Assembly (NCBI GenBank): GCA_963788195.1
Contig: CAWBGA010000013.1
Span: 384,001-448,000, forward strand
DNA: 64,000 nt
From: Nitrospirota bacterium
GTDB lineage: Bacteria; Nitrospirota; Nitrospiria; Nitrospirales; NS-4
Direction: 5' to 3'
Part shown: positions 21,450 through 30,786 of the stretch, piece after piece
Position numbering within the stretch: the first letter of the stretch is position 1
How the letters are laid out: the number at the start of each line of letters is the position of its first letter
The notes under the pieces: generated by a model
What the model was told of the DNA's origin: nothing
Databases searched by the model: none
Seen by the model: only the letters and a program-made list of their open reading frames with translations
Position numbers and translations under genes: made by a program

Positions 21450-23366
21450 TTACTGAGTCCGACTGCCCAGCACCGCATACGCGGCGACTGTCTGGTCCTT
21501 TCCCTTGAGCCGTATTTCTCCAATCCGCAATGTCTCGAACTCGTCTCTTAGCCGTTGCACCGTCGCTTCGCTGATCAAAATGCGGCAAGGGCTTGTGGCT
21601 GAATTCGGAAGCACGAGGGCCTTATCAAAACTCTCCAATCTCGATGCGATATTCACAGTATCGCCGACCGTCGTGTACTTCAATCGATGAGCGCTGCCCA
21701 GACTGCCGGCGACGACAGAGCCGGTGCAGATGCCAATGCGCATCCGCAAGGCAGGAAGAGTTTTTTCCCGATGTAAAGCATTCAATCGCAGTAGCGCCTG
21801 CTCTATCGCAAGCGCGCACTTCACGGCATTCACCGCATCGCGTCGTATCTGGTCGTCGGTGTTTCTGGCCAGTGGCACGCCAAAGTCGGCCTTTATTCCG
21901 TCACCGAAGTAGTCATCAACCAGACCGCCATGGTCCATCACGAGAGTTGCAATCGTCTCCATATAGCCATTGACCCAATCCATGAGAGTTTGCGGGTCCA
22001 TCTTCTCGGAGACCATTGAAAATCCCGCGAGGTCCGTAAACATCACCGTGGCCGTTAACTTTTGAGGTCTCGGCCGCCCGGCGTCAAGAAACTCGTCACG
22101 GTGGTTCCACGCGGCTTCGGCCACCTCCGGCGAGACGTGCTTTGAAAACAATTGCATCAATATCGTTCGCTGCTTCTCCACGCGGGCCTGCTCATTTCGC
22201 TCGAACACCACCCGGTAGACCAGCGACGCGGCAAAAGACCACAAGATCGCGCCGGCAGGATAGACAAGGTTCACGATGATCCCACGTTCGAACAAAATGA
22301 CGGCCGCTGCCAGGTACCCGCCCATAAGTCCCAGCACTGTCAGGGTTGCCGCCATGGGTCGGAGAAGCGCCACCAGCAATCCGGTCAGGAGAGCCAGGAG
22401 CACGATCGACACGATGGTGATCGGAGGCGGTACATGCATGAGGTAACGCTGGGCGAGCAAGGTTTCGATCGCATTGGCGAGGACCTCGACGCCCCACATT
22501 CTCCTCTCATCGGTCGTTGGAGTTGAGAATTCATCCAGCCCGCCAATGGTCAGACCCAACAACACAATCTTGTCCCTCACCAATTGGCGATCAAAGGTGT
22601 CTTTGAGGACATCGATAAGAGGGATAATGGGGAAGGCGCCTGCGCGCTCCGGGGCAGATGGACCGCCCAGGAAGTTAATAAGCATACTGCCGGCTTCTGT
22701 AAGAGGGATAGCGCGACCCGCCGCATAGACGGTGCTTGACGTGGCCGGCATGTCAATCACCGTGGTCCGCCTGACGAATGGTGTGATCGCCGCTAAGGCA
22801 AGCGCGGGCAGATCCTCTCCCGCCGCGCGCAGCAGTATTGGCATGCCGCGGACTACGGTATCGGCGTCGGTCGTGAGGTTCGTGACTCCTTCGGCATGGC
22901 CGGCCTCCCTGATTACCGGGGTCGGCCGGACGAATACGTGAAACTCCTGGGCCACCCCCGGCGCTGGGCGGAGAGCCTTGGGGCCCTGGGCTTCGACGGG
23001 AGTAACAATATTGCCGGTCCGGCGCATCGCTGTTGCGACATCCGGATCCTCTGGCTTGGGGAGGTCAAAAAAAATGTCCAACACCACCACCCGTGCGCCT
23101 GCCTTGTGTAGGGTATCCAGGGCGGTCGCGTAGAGCGTACGCGGCCAGTTGAACATCGCCCCGTATCGGGGAATCAGTTCCCGGTAGCTACGCTCGTCAA
23201 CTCCGACGATCACCGTTGATTGCGCGTGCGCCTGCGGGCGCGACTGGAACAAGAGATCTGTGCTCCGTAGCTGCGCTGTTCTAAGGAAATGCGCCAGGTA
23301 TGCGCTCATCAATACTACGGCCACGATAAATCCCACGATGCTGCTGACGACCAGGCGCCTGCGCAC
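21450..23366 (-). CDS. CHASE2-domain adenylate/guanylate cyclase
   Basis: CHASE2 motifs WPRTLYA, DIFF, DADTVVR, MWGVEVLANA; TM helices; cyclase VMFTDLAGFS, YFGDG, YTTVGDTVNIASRLES; GGAGG RBS before GTG. Confidence 0.92.
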   Translation of the reverse strand: MRRRLVVSSIVGFIVAVVLMSAYLAHFLRTAQLRSTDLLFQSRPQAHAQSTVIVGVDERSYRELIPRYGAMFNWPRTLYATALDTLHKAGARVVVLDIFFDLPKPEDPDVATAMRRTGNIVTPVEAQGPKALRPAPGVAQEFHVFVRPTPVIREAGHAEGVTNLTTDADTVVRGMPILLRAAGEDLPALALAAITPFVRRTTVIDMPATSSTVYAAGRAIPLTEAGSMLINFLGGPSAPERAGAFPIIPLIDVLKDTFDRQLVRDKIVLLGLTIGGLDEFSTPTTDERRMWGVEVLANAIETLLAQRYLMHVPPPITIVSIVLLALLTGLLVALLRPMAATLTVLGLMGGYLAAAVILFERGIIVNLVYPAGAILWSFAASLVYRVVFERNEQARVEKQRTILMQLFSKHVSPEVAEAAWNHRDEFLDAGRPRPQKLTATVMFTDLAGFSMVSEKMDPQTLMDWVNGYMETIATLVMDHGGLVDDYFGDGIKADFGVPLARNTDDQIRRDAVNAVKCALAIEQALLRLNALHREKTLPALRMRIGICTGSVVAGSLGSAHRLKYTTVGDTVNIASRLESFDKALVLPNSATSPCRILISEATVQRLRDEFETLRIGEIRLKGKDQTVAAYAVLGSRTQ

Positions 23367-23422
23367 ACTGCTACCTCCGTCATTCGAGCCCGTCGAGAAC
23401 CGCTCGAACCGCAGGAGAGAAT

Positions 23423-24922
23423 TCAGGGGTGTGCCTCTAATGCCTTTGCCTGGAGCACCCTGCGAATCTCCAACAGTGCGAGGGTGTCTCGCTTGCAATA
23501 CTCCAGGAGTGAGGCCCGAATGCGTGTCTTCTCGGAAGCGTCGACCTTGCCAAACGCCATTCGGTAATACTGTAGAGCGGCAAGGCCGCCGTGTTGGATC
23601 GCAAGATTAGCGTAATCAAGAGACGGCGCCAGGGCGGGAAGAATGACCTTGATGGAGAAGGAGCCTTCGAACGCGGGATGATAATAGTGCCGCCGGACGA
23701 TCGGCAGGAGATCCCAGAGGCGGGCCGCAAGCGCACCCAACTGTCGTCTCAGGGTCGGAATGGCCTCGGCCAGATCCATTAAGATTCGCCATTCATAACC
23801 GGAGTACACACAGATGCTGCCGTCACGGCCGAGGGTTCGCAGCAGGGCGACTGCGAGCTCTTCACGGGGATCTCCGTCATCAGCGCACAAGTATTGCGTG
23901 TGGTGGACGATTCCATTTTCGTGTTCGGTATGGTTGGACCATTGAAAAGGCAGTGTCTGATAGGGCCTCGTCCCAGGAAAGAGCGGCACGGGTGGCATGA
24001 AGCCCTCAAAATCGAGGTGGTGCACCGGATATCGGACCGCTTGTAGCGCGGCTTTTAAATCCGGTCCGATCCACTCCACGTTGTCCTTCATGCGTTGTTG
24101 CGCGCCGGAGAGTCTGAACTCATCAGGAATCGCGTCAATCGTGTTGACACCCTGTTCTGAAAGCTTGTCAAACGTGCGCTTGGGGCCGGGCAGATAGAAT
24201 ACCCAGCGGGGATCCTTTGCCTGTGTACAGTGATCCCAGAACGGGCAGACATAGGGAGCGTGACAGTGGTGACCTGGTTCCACCGAGGGAACAGAGGGCT
24301 CCATCAGCATTGCCTTCATGGACGCAAGTCGAACGGGAACGTCGGCGAGACGGCTCGATACCTCCGGCATCACGTCTTGTTCAACGAACAGGCGGTCGAG
24401 GTCAACCTTGCCTCCTCCGTAGACATAGGCGCGGTTCAAGTACATGAGGGAAATACCGTCGAGCCTCAGCCCGGACCCCCGCACCACATGGGCCTGAATC
24501 GCCAGATCGTCCAGATGAATATCTTTCACGCGCGTAGACGCTTTGACTTCGATGAGACGCCATCCCTGCCCATCGGATTCGTTCCGTGCCAGGATGTCTA
24601 CGCGCACCAGTACGTTGTCGTACTTCAGTGTGGCCTCGAAGATCGCCGGAACGCGGGGATCATTCAGCAACTCTTCCGTGCGACGCAGCGCCGCGCGGAG
24701 ATTTCCGTGGCCGCAATCGACGAATACGCCTCCCGGAAACCGCCTGCGCGCCACTTCGCCGACATCCGTGCCCGCCTCCAAGACGGCCTGTCTCTCTGCA
24801 TCCGGGGCGGCGGCGAGGTCTGGAGAGTGAATCTCGAGATATAGGCGCTTATGACACTGCAAGCCCGAAATGTATTTGGATTTGGAGAGCCGCGGTTCGA
24901 CAGGAAACAGGGTTAACTGCAT
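23423..24922 (-). CDS. DUF2779-domain protein (N-terminal Cas4/RecB-like PD-(D/E)XK domain with Cys cluster, C-terminal RNase H-like domain)
   Basis: LSKSKYISGLQCHKRLYL, VDIL..IEVK..Q, CHAPYVCPFWDHC, HLDFE..PLFPGTRPYQTLPFQWS, SFSIK, LEYCKRDT. Confidence 0.85.
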   Translation of the reverse strand: MQLTLFPVEPRLSKSKYISGLQCHKRLYLEIHSPDLAAAPDAERQAVLEAGTDVGEVARRRFPGGVFVDCGHGNLRAALRRTEELLNDPRVPAIFEATLKYDNVLVRVDILARNESDGQGWRLIEVKASTRVKDIHLDDLAIQAHVVRGSGLRLDGISLMYLNRAYVYGGGKVDLDRLFVEQDVMPEVSSRLADVPVRLASMKAMLMEPSVPSVEPGHHCHAPYVCPFWDHCTQAKDPRWVFYLPGPKRTFDKLSEQGVNTIDAIPDEFRLSGAQQRMKDNVEWIGPDLKAALQAVRYPVHHLDFEGFMPPVPLFPGTRPYQTLPFQWSNHTEHENGIVHHTQYLCADDGDPREELAVALLRTLGRDGSICVYSGYEWRILMDLAEAIPTLRRQLGALAARLWDLLPIVRRHYYHPAFEGSFSIKVILPALAPSLDYANLAIQHGGLAALQYYRMAFGKVDASEKTRIRASLLEYCKRDTLALLEIRRVLQAKALEAHP

Positions 24923-24935
24923 CACACCTCTGGGC

Positions 24936-25457
24936 TCAATTTTCTGCCGGGAGCTCTCGGAGGAGTCCGGAACAGGTCCCGCAGCGGTGACGACCCGGTC
25001 TGATTGTCCGGCGATGACGATGGTAGACTTGTCCACAGCGCAGACAGTGCCAGGTATATCGGCGCAGACTACGAACACCATCTGCGAGGGAATGCCGCAC
25101 GGTGATGCTGAAGCCCGACCGATTCATCGCCGCCATCATCCGTCTAAAGTCGTCGCCATGATCGGGCCTACGTTTGAGGACATCATATTGCCACTGATGG
25201 ATCATTTCATGCGCCAGCGTGCTGTCCAGTTCCGCCGGGGGTTGATTGGAAAGCAAGGGAATCGAGAGACGAATGAGGCGGCGCTCAAATCTTACGTCGG
25301 ATGACCGCAGAGGGGTGCGGGGTCCTTCTGTGATAAACAGAGCAGCCGAGGACGTGAGACGCGGGCTCCATATGATTGAGATCGGGGAGAGAGCATTGTC
25401 AAAGTATCGGCCGTTGAATATCCGCCAACTGGCTTGCAGTTCGTCAGGGGTGAGCAT
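24936..25457 (-). CDS. SprT-like zinc metalloprotease
   Basis: FNGRYF, TLAHEMIHQW (HExxH), HGDDF, C-terminal CLRC...CGTC zinc ribbon. Confidence 0.9.
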   Translation of the reverse strand: MLTPDELQASWRIFNGRYFDNALSPISIIWSPRLTSSAALFITEGPRTPLRSSDVRFERRLIRLSIPLLSNQPPAELDSTLAHEMIHQWQYDVLKRRPDHGDDFRRMMAAMNRSGFSITVRHSLADGVRSLRRYTWHCLRCGQVYHRHRRTIRPGRHRCGTCSGLLRELPAEN

Positions 25458-25507
25458 GCTGCCAGGCCTGACTTAACACAAACTGCATGAGAGGTCACGA
25501 GGAATTT

Positions 25508-25709
25508 CTCGGGAATGTGCTCCGTGGGTCGGACAGCGATCGGCTGCTGCCGTGCGACGCTCCGCCAAAACGACCCGTTGCATTGGGCTGAGCAACGGGT
25601 TCCCCGGCAAGTCGCTGCGCACGCCACAGCCGAATCGCTGCTGGGAAGGGAGAAAAGCGAGCGTGCGCTTGGCGTCACCCACTTTGCCTATTCCCTCGCC
25701 GTGGTGTGT
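25508..25709 (-). ncRNA. candidate structured RNA, copy A of tandem duplication (unclassified)
   Basis: ~200-nt unit repeated at 25742-25989; multiple complementary stems (GGGAAT/ATTCCC, GGCAA/TTGCC, GCGCACGC/GCGTGCGC, ACCCGTTGC/GCAACGGGT). Confidence 0.5.
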
Positions 25710-25741
25710 GGGACGGGAGAAAGATCTGAACAGACGGGGGC

Positions 25742-25989
25742 CTCGGGAATGTGCTCCGTGGGCCTGACCTTGATCGGCTGATGCCGTGCGGCGCTCCGCC
25801 AAAACGACCCGTTGCATTGGGCTGAGCAACGGGTTCCCCGGCAAGTCGCTGCGCACGCCCCTCGGGACAAGAGGCTGTCTTGGCAGCCTCGGGGCGGGCG
25901 GGTGCAATACTAGATCGCTGCTGGGAAGGGAGAAAAGCGAGCGTGCGCTTGGCGTCACCCACTTTGCCTATTCCCTCGCCGTGGTGTGT
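25742..25989 (-). ncRNA. candidate structured RNA, copy B, carrying an inserted G-run/hairpin repeat
   Basis: Near-identical to 25508-25709 except a variable segment and a ~54-bp replacement at ~25860-25913. Confidence 0.5.
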
Positions 25990-26100
25990 AAGTGAACAAG
26001 CACGGAATGACGCGAGTCGGATTTTTACGGGACACAGTTGCTCCGGCAGATCAATCTCTAGTACAAGAATGTAGGACGGCAGTTTCACACGGAAAGAACA

Positions 26101-27786
26101 ATGGCGACGAATGACAAACAAATCATTTTCTCCCTCATTGGCGTTGGGCGGGTCCAGCCGCCCAAGCGACAGGTGCTGAAGGACATCTATCTGTCGTTTT
26201 ATTACGGAGCCAAAATCGGGGTACTTGGGGCGAATGGCTCCGGTAAGAGCACGTTGTTGCGGATCATCGCCGGCGTGGACAAGGACTTCACCGGTGAGAT
26301 GACTTTCTCCAAAGGGTACTCGGTGGGCCTATTGGAACAAGAGCCTCAACTTGATCCCAATAAGACCGTCAAGGAGATCGTGCAAGAGGGGCGGCCCGAG
26401 GTGATCGCGATGCTTCAGGAGTACGAGGCAACAAGCGAGAAGCTCGGCCAAGATATTTCGGCCTCGGAGATGGACACGCTTATCGCAAGGCAGGGTGCAT
26501 TACAAGAGAAGATCGATGCCGTCAACGGCTGGGAATTGGAAAATCAGCTTGAGGTGGCGATGGATGCATTGCGCTGTCCGCCCCCTGACACCAAAGTGGG
26601 GATTCTATCGGGGGGAGAGAAACGCCGTGTGGCTCTCTGTCGGTTGCTGCTCCAGGAACCCGATATCCTATTGCTCGATGAGCCGACCAATCATCTCGAT
26701 GCGGAGTCGGTGCAGTGGTTGGAGCAACATTTGCAGCAGTACAAAGGCACCATCATTGCGGTAACGCATGACCGCTATTTTTTGGACAACGTGGCGGGTT
26801 GGATTTTGGAATTAGACCGTGGGCAAGGCATCCCGTTCCAAGGGAATTATTCTTCGTGGCTCGAGCAAAAACAGGCGCGCCTCGATCGGGAAGAGAAGTC
26901 CGATGTCAGGCGCCGAAGGACGCTTGAGCGCGAGCTGGAATGGATCCGGATGGCGCCGAAGGCCCGCCATGCCAAGGGCAAGGCGCGCATCACCCGATAT
27001 GAAGAGCTGCTGAACGCTGAGCAGGAGAAGACAGCCGGAGAGTTGGAGATCTATATTCCCTCGGGACCTCGCCTGGGGGACATCGTGCTGGAGGCCAAGG
27101 CATTGACGAAGGCATACGGGGACAGGGTCGTCTTTGAGAATCTGACATTCACCCTTCCGCGCGGTGGAGTCGTTGGGGTCATCGGCCCAAATGGAGCCGG
27201 CAAGACCACCCTCTTTCGGATCATCATCGGGGCGCTACTCCCGGATGGGGGTTCGCTTACGCTTGGGGAAACGGTCAAAATCGGCTATGTGGACCAGGAT
27301 CGTGCCCTGGACGAGAACAAGACGGTCTGGGAAGTGATCTCGGAGGGCCACGACATCCTCACGCTTGGGAAAATAGAAGTCAATTCTCGCGCCTACTGCG
27401 GGCGCTTCAACCTGACCGGCGCAGATCAACAGAAAAAAGTGAAGGAGCTCTCGGGTGGCGAACGCAACCGTGTGCACTTGGCCAGAATGCTCAAGCAAGG
27501 TGCAAATCTTCTCCTCCTCGATGAGCCCACAAACGACCTCGATGTAACCACCTTGCGAGCCCTGGAGGAGGGTCTGGAGCGCTTTGGGGGCTGCTGCGTC
27601 GTGATCAGTCACGATCGATGGTTTCTGGATCGCATCGCCACGCATATCCTTGCGTTTGAGGACGAGGCCAGAGCGGTGTGGTTCGAAGGGAACTATAGCG
27701 AGTACGAAGTGGACCGGAAGAAGCGTTTAGGAAAACAGGCGGAACGGCCGCACCGCCTACGCTATAAGAGCCTCACTCGACAGTGA
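26101..27786 (+). CDS. ettA: energy-dependent translational throttle protein EttA (ABC-F)
   Basis: Two ABC domains ([32 protein letters not shown]), LERELEWIR linker, typical EttA termini. Confidence 0.96.
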   Translation: MATNDKQIIFSLIGVGRVQPPKRQVLKDIYLSFYYGAKIGVLGANGSGKSTLLRIIAGVDKDFTGEMTFSKGYSVGLLEQEPQLDPNKTVKEIVQEGRPEVIAMLQEYEATSEKLGQDISASEMDTLIARQGALQEKIDAVNGWELENQLEVAMDALRCPPPDTKVGILSGGEKRRVALCRLLLQEPDILLLDEPTNHLDAESVQWLEQHLQQYKGTIIAVTHDRYFLDNVAGWILELDRGQGIPFQGNYSSWLEQKQARLDREEKSDVRRRRTLERELEWIRMAPKARHAKGKARITRYEELLNAEQEKTAGELEIYIPSGPRLGDIVLEAKALTKAYGDRVVFENLTFTLPRGGVVGVIGPNGAGKTTLFRIIIGALLPDGGSLTLGETVKIGYVDQDRALDENKTVWEVISEGHDILTLGKIEVNSRAYCGRFNLTGADQQKKVKELSGGERNRVHLARMLKQGANLLLLDEPTNDLDVTTLRALEEGLERFGGCCVVISHDRWFLDRIATHILAFEDEARAVWFEGNYSEYEVDRKKRLGKQAERPHRLRYKSLTRQ

Positions 27787-27803
27787 ACCTGGAAGAACCC
27801 GGC

Positions 27804-29090
27804 TTAGCGTGTAGGGACACTTACTTGCACGGCCACGGGCGCAGGCACCACGGCGGCGATCGGTGTCTTCGTGCGCACAACGGCATCCCGGATCTTTACC
27901 TGCCATCCGTCGGTATCAGGCATGCTCTTTGAGTACTCGAGGAAACTGCCCCAGGTGGTGAGGGCTTGAGCCAGTAGACCTTTGGCTTCCTGCGCGAGGC
28001 CGAGTTCATACGCCAGCATCGCAGAGTTCGGCTCCTGCCCCTGAGCTTCCAGCATGGCCACAATCGCGTCATCGTATCGGCCCAGGGCTGCATATGCTAC
28101 CCCGACGTGCCGTAGAAGTCGGGCATCATGAGGACGAAGAGCCAGAGCAGCCTCGTAATGATAGACCGCGAGGTTGTAGAGATCGACATCTTTCGGCAAG
28201 ATCTGGGCGATGGTAAACAGCACATGACCTGTGGCAAATGACCGACCCGCTGACGGCAGTAATTCTCCATGACGGACTTCGCTCGGCGATGGGGCTTGGC
28301 CTTCGGCCACCAACTGGTTTTCCCCTAGCCATTCGCGGATCACACTTGTGGGAATGGCATACCCGATGCCGGATCGAATCATGACACTGCCGATGCCCGC
28401 GCCGCTACGGTCCCTCGCCCGCTCTAAATACGGCACTTGCAGCACTACCATGCCGATGACTTCTCCTGATGGCACGTCCACAAGCGGTCCCCCGCTGCTG
28501 CCTTGGTTAATATGCCCCGTGACCTGAACAAACGGCGCAAAACGGTTTCTGGTTCTGGAGCGGCCTTGGATGATTCCGTTGATGTATCCGGGCACAATCG
28601 TCGGATGGAGAGCAAACCCCATATTTAAAATGTCCGTCAGTCGGGGGTAGCCGATCGCCATAACCTCGTTCCCGTCGGGCGGAGCCTGTGCAGCCAGGGT
28701 CAATGAGGGGCCTGTCGCCGGGGGAATTCGTAGGGCTGCGAGATCACGATCCGGGTCGACCACAAGAGTCACCGCGTTTGTATAGACCTCCTCAGTCCCG
28801 ACATACACCAGCACGCGTGAGCTGTCTTCGAGGACGTGGGCGTTGGTGATGACCAGGCCATCGTCGTTCACAATAAATCCACTTCCGATCGACACTGATT
28901 TCGTTTTGTCGTCGATAGCCACCACGAGTACTGTGGCGGCCTTCGAATGGCCGTAGACTTCAGCCTTGGTCGCGGCCGTCACGGGGGTCGCCGGTAGGAG
29001 TATAATATGGAACAGCACGTATGCTGCCACAGACAATGCGTGGAGCCTCTTCAACGGGTGACGACGGTCATGGGATGCTACAGACCTCAT
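27804..29090 (-). CDS. trypsin-like serine protease with C-terminal TPR repeats
   Basis: IGSGFIV, TNAHV, DRDLAAL, INQGSSGGP catalytic triad; TPR motifs; start uncertain. Confidence 0.88.
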   Translation of the reverse strand: MRSVASHDRRHPLKRLHALSVAAYVLFHIILLPATPVTAATKAEVYGHSKAATVLVVAIDDKTKSVSIGSGFIVNDDGLVITNAHVLEDSSRVLVYVGTEEVYTNAVTLVVDPDRDLAALRIPPATGPSLTLAAQAPPDGNEVMAIGYPRLTDILNMGFALHPTIVPGYINGIIQGRSRTRNRFAPFVQVTGHINQGSSGGPLVDVPSGEVIGMVVLQVPYLERARDRSGAGIGSVMIRSGIGYAIPTSVIREWLGENQLVAEGQAPSPSEVRHGELLPSAGRSFATGHVLFTIAQILPKDVDLYNLAVYHYEAALALRPHDARLLRHVGVAYAALGRYDDAIVAMLEAQGQEPNSAMLAYELGLAQEAKGLLAQALTTWGSFLEYSKSMPDTDGWQVKIRDAVVRTKTPIAAVVPAPVAVQVSVPTR

Positions 29091-29226
29091 GCCTAAATTA
29101 TCGGCCGGTAGCACATCCCGACTTGAGGTAGAGATGTCACAGGGTTTCAGGCCAAGGACCCTTTTGTCCTTGAACGTCAGAGCAAAACTGCCCACAATGG
29201 GATGAGGTTTTTACGCCGGAGAACAG

Positions 29227-29847
29227 ATGATGAAGATGAAGGTAGGGCTGATGATCGCTGTGCTAGCAATGGTCTCCGAGATTGCCCTTGCACAAAATAA
29301 TACTCTCGGGGGCGGGCTTGGGGACGGCCCACTGCCATGTGCTCCGAGTCGCTCTAATTTCGGCAGCAATTTGGGAACGGGGTCTACTGGATTGACATTA
29401 CCGTATCCGGGGTCACCGCTCTCTCCCAGTTCACCTTTCGCTCCGCCGATTCCTGGTTCCACGCTCACCCCTCCTCTCGGCGGTAACCCTGGAACGGGGA
29501 TTTACTCAGGAAACAGACTCAGTCCAAGTAGCGGCATCAATCCTGGCGCCAGTCTGAATCCCGGAATAGGAGCCATACCTGGAACCGGGGTGAATCCATC
29601 CGGAGGCATCAATCCTGGATCAGGCATCAACCCCGGCGTTGGCATCAATCCGGGGTCAGGCATCAACCCTGGTACGGGGTTGCTTCCCGGTAGCGGTGTG
29701 AATCTCGGTAGTGGGATTTCGCCCGGACTCCAACCAAGTGCGGGTTCCAGTTCAGGCGCGTTTACGGGCAGCGGGTTAAACCCGGGGTCGACCATGAGCC
29801 CTGGAGTGCGCTTTGGCGGCAGCTCTATTTTTGGCAATCCCTGCTGA
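29227..29847 (+). CDS. secreted Gly/Pro/Asn-rich protein with GINPGx hexapeptide repeats
   Basis: Signal peptide ending IALA; repeats GINPGA/GVNPSG/GINPGS/GINPGV/GINPGT. Confidence 0.75.
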   Translation: MMKMKVGLMIAVLAMVSEIALAQNNTLGGGLGDGPLPCAPSRSNFGSNLGTGSTGLTLPYPGSPLSPSSPFAPPIPGSTLTPPLGGNPGTGIYSGNRLSPSSGINPGASLNPGIGAIPGTGVNPSGGINPGSGINPGVGINPGSGINPGTGLLPGSGVNLGSGISPGLQPSAGSSSGAFTGSGLNPGSTMSPGVRFGGSSIFGNPC

Positions 29848-29852
29848 CGCAG

Positions 29853-30014
29853 AAAAAGGGGACAGGCTACTTTGTTTCAGGCATTCTCCACAGACGCCCG
29901 AAAACCGGTAAACAAAGCCCTGTCCCGTTCTTACCATGCAGATTTACAGCGCTCCACGAATCTATCCAATTTCCACTTGCCCGAAACAAAGTAGCCTGTT
30001 TTTCTCCCCTTTTT
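29853..30014. repeat. inverted-repeat element (REP/MITE-like) between convergent genes
   Basis: ACAGGCTACTTTGTTTC (29862-29878) and its exact reverse complement (29983-29999), flanked by AAAAAGGGG / CCCCTTTTT; internal partial copy at ~29909. Confidence 0.6.
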
Positions 30015-30028
30015 ATAGACCGGAACGA

Positions 30029-30730
30029 TCAGCTGGGGACATTCCTCATGTAGAGTTTGACCTTTGGGAGGTCTGAAGCTTGGAAGGCATTGGACAACCG
30101 CAATCCGACGTATGATTTATGCGGTTTATTTAAAAAGACGCTCGCAGAATTGGGGGCATGCATATTCCAGTGCCCCGAATATTCCAGGCTGCCCGGCAAA
30201 ACAACCGCCACGTGTCCGTGCGGGTCAGACACGTACACCGCGATGACGGGTGCGTTCAAGTTGGCGTATGTCTGTGCCCTGTCCAGCGCGCCTTGGCTTG
30301 ACGCCGGCCCCAGCAGTGTCCATTCGTCCGGATGATTCGCCACGTACCGGGCGATATCATTCGCCACGAGGAATTCATCGGGAACTCCGGGGAGCTCAAA
30401 ATCTGCGATTCCGAACAGTAATTTCAGGGCTTTGGCCAAAAATACATTGCAGGGGCTACTGATATCTAGCCTGTGGGAATGCAAAACGGCACGGAGTTTA
30501 TGCTCGACTTCGCCGCGCCACCGGTCTGCGAGACTGAGCGAATCCGCTACCCAGCCTTCTAACCTGTGCCCTAACTCTAAGAGAGGACTCTCTGGAAACG
30601 ACGGGAAGTCACGGGTCTCTTCTTCCCCTGGAGGAATTTGGGCAAGCGGATGACGAAAATCCCCATGCGCGGCGGTAGCGCCAAGGAGAATCACAAATCC
30701 CGTCAGCAAAAACGTGCGGGATGTGATCAA
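30029..30730 (-). CDS. secreted protein with CHAP/NlpC-P60-like Cys-His motifs
   Basis: Signal peptide; SPCNVFLAKAL ... HGHVAVV. Confidence 0.6.
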   Translation of the reverse strand: MITSRTFLLTGFVILLGATAAHGDFRHPLAQIPPGEEETRDFPSFPESPLLELGHRLEGWVADSLSLADRWRGEVEHKLRAVLHSHRLDISSPCNVFLAKALKLLFGIADFELPGVPDEFLVANDIARYVANHPDEWTLLGPASSQGALDRAQTYANLNAPVIAVYVSDPHGHVAVVLPGSLEYSGHWNMHAPNSASVFLNKPHKSYVGLRLSNAFQASDLPKVKLYMRNVPS

Positions 30731-30770
30731 TGGGGCAACAATGTTTTGTCAGTCATTACCTTAGTATACC

Positions 30771-30786
30771 AGCAAACGCGATGCCA
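30771..30786 (-). promoter_or_regulatory. sigma54 (-24/-12) promoter
   Basis: TGGCATCGCGTTTGCT on minus strand, GG-N10-GC spacing, ~40 bp upstream of the 30730 ORF. Confidence 0.6.

Noticed and set aside
25508..25989. CRISPR array or known riboswitch (cobalamin, lysine, SAM-I, c-di-GMP, c-di-AMP) interpretation of the tandem element
   Set aside because: Units are ~200 nt with only two copies and no cas genes; only short fragments resemble riboswitch consensus motifs and the required conserved cores are absent. 6S RNA is not excluded but the best 6S-like stem is disrupted in copy B.
25292..26121. ORFs of 60-161 aa over the duplicated element
   Set aside because: Translations of the repeat in several frames, no RBS or protein-like features
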